Shown piece after piece: positions 62,801 to 64,000 of a DNA stretch of 64,000 nt. The stretch is taken from assembly GCF_006345805.1 (NCBI RefSeq), contig NC_043004.1:106454001-106518000 (forward strand), written 5' to 3'. The position numbers and the translations under genes are program-made. The notes beneath the pieces are model-generated. The model did no database searches and had not been told where the DNA came from. It saw only the letters and a list, made by a program, of their open reading frames with translations. The DNA comes from Octopus sinensis (taxonomy: Eukaryota). Position 1 is the first letter of the stretch, and each line of letters starts with the position of its first letter.

Positions 62801-62915
62801 TTTTGATACCGATGTTGTATCACGTATCAGTAACAAAAAAAATGTAGAAATTACGGAGGCACATCCTTTTATCATGTGGAAACTTGAAAAACCAGTGAAA
62901 GACCCATCTGTACAG
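13263..62915 (+). CDS. PIKFYVE: PIKfyve/Fab1 1-phosphatidylinositol 3-phosphate 5-kinase, 5' part; join(13263-13380,27039-27164,30330-30466,31206-31380,33032-33275,35542-35668,36089-36246,36928-37039,39006-39126,40353-40499,44043-44117,46840-46957,48457-48637,49396-49575,52512-52652,55665-55791,60836-60930,62061-62915); continues past window end
   Basis: All introns GT-AG with matching phases and no internal stop; domain order FYVE - DEP - CCT/TCP-1-like is diagnostic of metazoan PIKfyve. Confidence 0.96.
14170..14535. mobile_element. Foldback/MITE-like element with long imperfect inverted arms
   Basis: ~14206-14258 is the near reverse complement of ~14433-14487; outer TATTGGAATGCT/AGCATTCCAATA pair. 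Confidence 0.75.
14560..15200 (-). mobile_element. R4/Dong-type (RLE) non-LTR retrotransposon 3' fragment
   Basis: IDVSCPPDVNI...KEKENNYG.L..NLQLLYPDY.F..IPI; 3'UTR matches 21000-21107 in opposite orientation. Confidence 0.82.
15750..16365 (+). mobile_element. Two tandem RTE 3'-tail fragments ending in (GAT)n
   Basis: GGAAGG.CATCCAGCTGTA.AAACC...CCAGCATGGAAAATGGACATTAA.TGATGAT motif twice (ends ~16043 and ~16360). Confidence 0.8.
17197..17608 (+). mobile_element. tRNA-derived CORE-like SINE with internal (TA)n(TG)n; other copies 47417-47805 (+), 50805-51210 (+), 36325-36660 (-), 39620-39935 (-)
   Basis: A/B-box-like head (TGGCT..GTGGTAAG...GGTTCAG), CORE-like GCACCTTGGGCAAGT, near-identical copies; resembles described octopus SINEs. 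Confidence 0.88.
18021..18234. mobile_element. TTAA-flanked MITE (piggyBac-like); related partial copy ~30830-30997
   Basis: TTAA|CCCTTTA ... TAAAGGG|TTAA. Confidence 0.8.
18714..18992 (-). mobile_element. Young RTE 3'-end fragment
   Basis: Nearly identical to 56491-56770, starts in (CAT)n; a related copy lies at 37817-38082. Confidence 0.92.
19160..19345. repeat. Compound (CT)n/(CATA)n/(CA)n microsatellite
   Basis: Directly visible. Confidence 0.95.
19452..19690 (-). mobile_element. Probable 3' end of an RLE-type LINE with A-rich tail
   Basis: Minus-strand PGMIDIEALQQRILG resembles R4/NeSL C-termini, followed by a UTR and an A-run. Confidence 0.45.
19797..21107 (+). mobile_element. R4/Dong-type RLE LINE 3' fragment, interrupted by the solo LTR
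   Basis: MHEYIARK...SW...TSHFKGFVFAIQEQ, CCHC knuckle CRLCHVFVEDITHVISSCP, RPDVV..D...IEVICP.D.N...K.KEK; AATAAT tail. Confidence 0.88.
19808..20239 (+). mobile_element. Solo LTR (432 bp), Gypsy-like 4-bp TSD
   Basis: TGTA...TACA termini; AATA duplicated at 19804-19807 and 20240-20243; internal AATAAA ~20117; excision restores the host LINE frame ATG CAT GAA TAT ATT GCC CGG. Confidence 0.8.
21120..21745 (+). mobile_element. Second R4/Dong-type RLE LINE 3' fragment (different subfamily)
   Basis: EYWWNVPVKASIKCKHNRPDIKIWDRE...EISCPADVN...PVIIGAVG. Confidence 0.85.
22955..23114. mobile_element. TA-flanked MITE (Tc1/mariner-type)
   Basis: TA|CTGTATTTTAAC...ATAAGGAACC pairs with GGTTCCTTAT...GTTAAAATACAG|TA. 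Confidence 0.8.
24090..25615 (+). mobile_element. Decayed RTE LINE 3' part with 3'UTR and (GAT)n tail
   Basis: CRKG...NSI.CTQCKL, LEVVDSFHYLGDQVS and RPRKTW motifs; tail AAATGGACGTTAAATTATGATGATGAT. Confidence 0.9.
27039..27164 (+). CDS. PIKFYVE: PIKfyve coding exon 2 (DVPDAQSNSPSPANEPSEETAVENVSAVKQCPLKTESNTSSP)
   Basis: Pyrimidine tract + ctag acceptor, G|gtgaga donor, open frame, phase 1-1; low-complexity linker so support is mainly splice signals. Confidence 0.8.
27615..28120 (+). mobile_element. CORE-like SINE with RTE-type tail, containing a truncated Nin/Deu-domain SINE (~27953-28082)
   Basis: Same head as the 17197 family; ends AAGCGGATATTAAATGATGATGAC. Confidence 0.7.
28925..29154 (+). 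mobile_element. Nin/Deu-domain tRNA-derived SINE nested in a CORE-like SINE (~28807-29455)
   Basis: GCCTTTCATCCTTTCGGGGTC..TAAATAAGTACCAG domain; 14-bp TSD AGAAAC(G/T)GAAAGAA at 28911-28924 and 29155-29168. Another copy at 29474-29690. Confidence 0.85.
29880..30245 (+). mobile_element. Helentron-associated non-autonomous element (HINE/DINE-1-like)
   Basis: 5' hairpin ACCTCCGCCTT-CGCT-AAGGCAGAGGT, (GTTT/GTCT)n, 3' sub-TIR GGCGGAGAT plus hairpin GTGCTC-TCT-GAGTGC, T-rich flanks. Confidence 0.72.
30330..30466 (+). CDS. PIKFYVE: PIKfyve coding exon 3 (ETEEESS...RRSLTSVLSRISSILDRGSS)
   Basis: tgcag acceptor, gtaagt donor, phase 1-0; pre-FYVE helix similar to the 'VLxRL' segment of orthologues. 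Confidence 0.9.
31206..31380 (+). CDS. PIKFYVE: PIKfyve coding exon 4, FYVE finger N-part (KESDFKQYWMPD...RRRHHCRICGQIFCSKCC...)
   Basis: WxxD and RRHHCR motifs; tgcag acceptor, G|gtaaaa donor, phase 0-1. Confidence 0.97.
33032..33275 (+). CDS. PIKFYVE: PIKfyve coding exon 5, FYVE C-part (GGVRVCEYCCR...QIPHGR)
   Basis: RVCxxC completes the FYVE finger; tgtag acceptor, CG|gtaagt donor, phase 1-2. Confidence 0.95.
33330..33750 (+). mobile_element. CR1/L2-group LINE 3' end with poly-A
   Basis: SRTLVVWHSL...DLELFKRDIN C-terminal motif, then AATAAAAAAAAAAA. Confidence 0.6.
34465..35330 (-). mobile_element. Old RTE-clade fragments (34465-34680 and 34860-35330)
   Basis: Minus-strand remnants resembling LTWNPQ.KR.RGRP and LCGAET...YFGH. 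Confidence 0.6.
35542..35668 (+). CDS. PIKFYVE: PIKfyve coding exon 6 (SHSSPDITNG...ESKKLTQ)
   Basis: Poly-T + ag acceptor, CAG|gtaact donor; phase 2-0 exactly bridges the flanking exons. Confidence 0.88.
36089..36246 (+). CDS. PIKFYVE: PIKfyve coding exon 7, DEP domain N-part (NSLQLRELWRHIQHPKDGVEMQSHRFRLKTYQHCVTGKELVEWLLRNGKAAKR)
   Basis: DEP signature HRxRLxxYxxCxxGxELVxWL; phase 0-2; translated by hand, absent from the ORF track. Confidence 0.96.
36928..37039 (+). CDS. PIKFYVE: PIKfyve coding exon 8, DEP domain C-part (VQAVAIGQALIDASYLESVCRQLSFFQDDYTLYKPGE)
   Basis: QAxAIGQAL...FxDxYxLY motif; ttcag acceptor, GAG|gtcagt donor, phase 2-0. Confidence 0.96.
38270..38900 (-). mobile_element. 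Highly decayed CR1/L2-group LINE fragment
   Basis: Minus-strand YFLFKTTTHWNYL resembles the 'SFFPRT...WN.LP' terminal motif; otherwise weak. Confidence 0.35.
39006..39126 (+). CDS. PIKFYVE: PIKfyve coding exon 9 (AANALEQ...EPSWLKEI...ESIN)
   Basis: EPSWxKxI motif; ttcag acceptor, gtaagt donor, phase 0-1. Confidence 0.92.
39149..39490 (+). mobile_element. tRNA-derived SINE, third family; related minus-strand copies ~15320-15530, 23390-23565, 40000-40272, 54350-54580, 61740-61850
   Basis: A box TGGCTCAGTGG, B box ATTCGATTCC, then GTGTTCTTGAG.AA.ACACTTTATTT.ACATTGCTCCA. Confidence 0.8.
40353..40499 (+). CDS. PIKFYVE: PIKfyve coding exon 10, linker (ISLSDDQQVSNFFGSQ...RISENKK)
   Basis: ttctctttgtag acceptor, gtaaga donor, open frame, phase 1-1; no conserved motif recognised. 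Confidence 0.7.
40610..40800. repeat. Polypyrimidine (CT-rich) low-complexity tract
   Basis: ~190 bp almost exclusively C/T on the + strand. Confidence 0.9.
41263..42116 (-). mobile_element. RTE 3' fragment with 228-bp tandem repeat (~2.4 units)
   Basis: Unit starts at 41563, 41791, 42019; the unit includes the ORF end (LGLTEAT...). Confidence 0.9.
43091..43304. mobile_element. TTAA-flanked MITE (piggyBac-like); inverted copy 53790-54009; older relatives ~12705-12925 and ~50533-50743
   Basis: TTAA|CCCTTTC ... GAAAGGG|TTAA in both copies; internal sequences are reverse complements. Confidence 0.9.
44043..44117 (+). CDS. PIKFYVE: PIKfyve coding exon 11, linker (SSSSDLNEFDALPKCRQELPDDFLT)
   Basis: tcttctttccag acceptor, G|gtacgt donor, phase 1-1. 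Confidence 0.75.
44605..45161 (-). repeat. ~560-bp interspersed element, inverted copy of 7402-7965
   Basis: Reverse-complement match; sits in the (ATT)n tail of a SINE. Confidence 0.85.
46840..46957 (+). CDS. PIKFYVE: PIKfyve coding exon 12 (GTLFVSK...KGWRSTEELREKEDCLAYDRLR)
   Basis: GW..xxLRE...AxxRL motif preceding the CCT-like domain; AAG acceptor, AG|gtttgt donor, phase 1-2. Confidence 0.9.
48457..48637 (+). CDS. PIKFYVE: PIKfyve coding exon 13 (KVHKEHLSNLVRQLL...PDVRNEGDDMDIRKYVQIKK)
   Basis: Fab1-family QLL...W...PDV...DDMDIRxxVxIKK motif; phase 2-0. Confidence 0.97.
49396..49575 (+). CDS. PIKFYVE: PIKfyve coding exon 14, CCT-like domain (ISGG...GVVCSKNVAHKKM...PKILLL...YQRVENKFSSLEPLILQ)
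   Basis: KNxAHKKM and PKILLL motifs; cttag acceptor, CAG|gtaatt donor, phase 0-0. Confidence 0.97.
49617..50110 (-). mobile_element. Old RTE-clade 3' fragment
   Basis: Minus-strand LESKLDGTYTGMVRAVLDVSW and a (GAT)n tail. Confidence 0.65.
51677..52380 (-). mobile_element. Mariner (DD34D-type) fossil, 5' half
   Basis: Minus-strand WIPKMLT and ITQDETWGHHYDPETKVQS; TA|CAAAGGATGTTCA TIR-like end at 52380. Confidence 0.88.
52512..52652 (+). CDS. PIKFYVE: PIKfyve coding exon 15 (EREFLKNSVAKVCALKPDVVVVEKSVCRLAQEFLLEAGIILIFNTKT)
   Basis: ExEFLKN...PDVxxVEKSVxRLAQ motif; gtaagt donor, phase 0-0. Confidence 0.97.
53000..53720 (+). mobile_element. CR1/L2-group LINE 3' fragment
   Basis: QVKSTMEYNSYTWDSA...LNGIQ and IFYCYYCGL match RP.MEY.S.W...LD.IQ and FYRYY.G motifs. 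Confidence 0.7.
55665..55791 (+). CDS. PIKFYVE: PIKfyve coding exon 16 (SVMQRLSRCTQAEIVRSIDGLVNKPKLGFCNSFKVKNFQLPN)
   Basis: RxSRCT...KPxLGxC motif; phase 0-1. Confidence 0.96.
56491..59320 (-). mobile_element. Young 5'-truncated RTE LINE: uninterrupted ORF 59318-57303 (RT, YADD), 3'UTR with 159-bp repeats, (GAT)n tail
   Basis: 629-aa track ORF extends without a stop to the truncation point; NYRGIKLL, QFGF, FVDMEKAFD, GVHQGSVLSP, LLYADD, FRYLG, GRPRKTW; endonuclease absent; CpGs retained. Confidence 0.97.
56779..57225. repeat. 159-bp tandem repeat (~2.8 units) in the RTE 3'UTR
   Basis: GGCCACGAGTCGGATAGTGC recurs at 56779, 56938, 57097. Confidence 0.95.
59321..60710 (+). mobile_element. Penelope-like element: GIY-YIG remnant (~59870-60320) between inverted terminal repeats
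   Basis: CDCRFKDKC...C...LVY.C.V......YIGS....KKRIANH; 59321-59607 is the reverse complement of ~60391-60655. Confidence 0.85.
60836..60930 (+). CDS. PIKFYVE: PIKfyve coding exon 17 (GHTKTLLYFDDCAKHLACTVTLRGSHNSELKR)
   Basis: KTLxxFxxC...LxCTxxLRG...EL motif; weak gaag acceptor, gtaagt donor; phase 1-0 fits both neighbours. Confidence 0.94.
62061..62915 (+). CDS. PIKFYVE: PIKfyve coding exon 18, 855 nt (VKKIMQFMTYAAYHSQLEVSFIMDEF...DPLHNYL...LSVSPYI...DPSVQ)
   Basis: AYHSQLExSFxxDEF, DPLxxYL and LSxSP motifs; tttcag acceptor, CAG|gtaggt donor. Confidence 0.96.
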
Positions 62916-64000
62916 GTAGGTATTTGACATTATTATGATAAGCAAATAAATATTTCTGTACCTGAGAGAAAAGTACTGTGTGCGTGTGTATTGAGAGGAA
63001 AAGAGAGAGGTATTATGTAAGTGCAGACAAGTATCTTAAAACAGTATTCAATTCCAAGGGAAGACTGATTACAATATATTATGTATTTTACAAGCTATTG
63101 TATCTAATGGATACTACTGCCACTATATCTCTCTATATAATTAAGTTAAAAGTTATGTGAAAAAGAAAAAAATCACTGTTAGTCATGACTAATTTTATTT
63201 TAATTATTTTCATCAAGAGAGAGAACTTTGAACATGTTCCAGTCTTATTATGACCTCAACAGAAAATCATTGACTTCACTATACTTGTTGAGCTAGTGAT
63301 GAGAGAATCATCAAGTAAATGTACTAGAATGTTCACTGAAGTGTGTTGAATTAAAGCAGCTTAATTTCAACAAAGTATCACAGTAATTTACTTAGAAAAA
63401 ATTTCTGCAATCAGTATTTTTGCCATGTTCTTTCAAAATAATTTCAAATGTGAAAACTGGGGCAATATTTCTTTTCAAGTCATTGAAGATGTGTAATCTA
63501 GTATATTTGCTTGGTGACTGAGCTGTACTTATATTGTAGACTGTAGAGATAGAATTTATGTAAGAATAGAAAAATAGATTTAAGGCAGTATGTGATCAAA
63601 CCAGGGTTCCTCTTGACTTGTGCTCTCACTAACCACAAACACTTTTATTTATCAAGATGTGTAGTTGTTGCTTAATCTTATATCAAGCCTGACCAGGAAG
63701 AACTATGATCAAAATTATTCTAGACATGACCATTTTCTGCCTCTATATCCATTGCATGTTTTCTTGAAGAAAGGTAGGATGTTATCTGTAAAAGATTTGT
63801 TTGCAATTTGTAGCAGATCAAGCAATCACATAGGGGCTCTCACTGGCTCAGTCAACACGTGTAGATTACACGACATAGCCATGTATTTCTTCTACTGTAA
63901 TACGCCTGTCCCTCTATCATACTTTAACTTCTTATAACTTGGCATGAAGCCAATATTACACCCCCACTCTCTCAGTTAAGGGGTCATGTCTTGTGAGTAA

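Overview
AT-rich, repeat-dense eukaryotic DNA, most likely from an octopus (inferred only from the SINE/LINE families). The window holds the 5' half of a PIKfyve/Fab1 (phosphatidylinositol-3-phosphate 5-kinase) gene on the + strand. I reconstructed 18 phase-compatible GT-AG coding exons from ATG 13263 to 62915 (3237 nt, 1079 codons) encoding the N-terminus, FYVE finger, DEP domain and CCT/TCP-1-like domain; the kinase domain lies beyond the window. The introns contain RTE LINEs (one 5'-truncated copy with an uninterrupted RT ORF carrying a PHD-spaced Cys/His insert), Penelope-like elements, R4/Dong-type RLE LINEs, CR1-group fragments, Tc1/mariner fossils, hAT, TTAA, TA and Helentron-type non-autonomous elements, a solo LTR, several tRNA-derived SINE families and microsatellites. 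Main leads: an overlapping uORF at the start codon, a palindromic NRF1/ETS-like module in the solo LTR, a Penelope inverted repeat split by a young RTE next to an exon, and tandem arrays in RTE 3' ends. I found no clearly new biological system; these are hypotheses to test. Exon and TSD coordinates were read base by base; other repeat boundaries are approximate.
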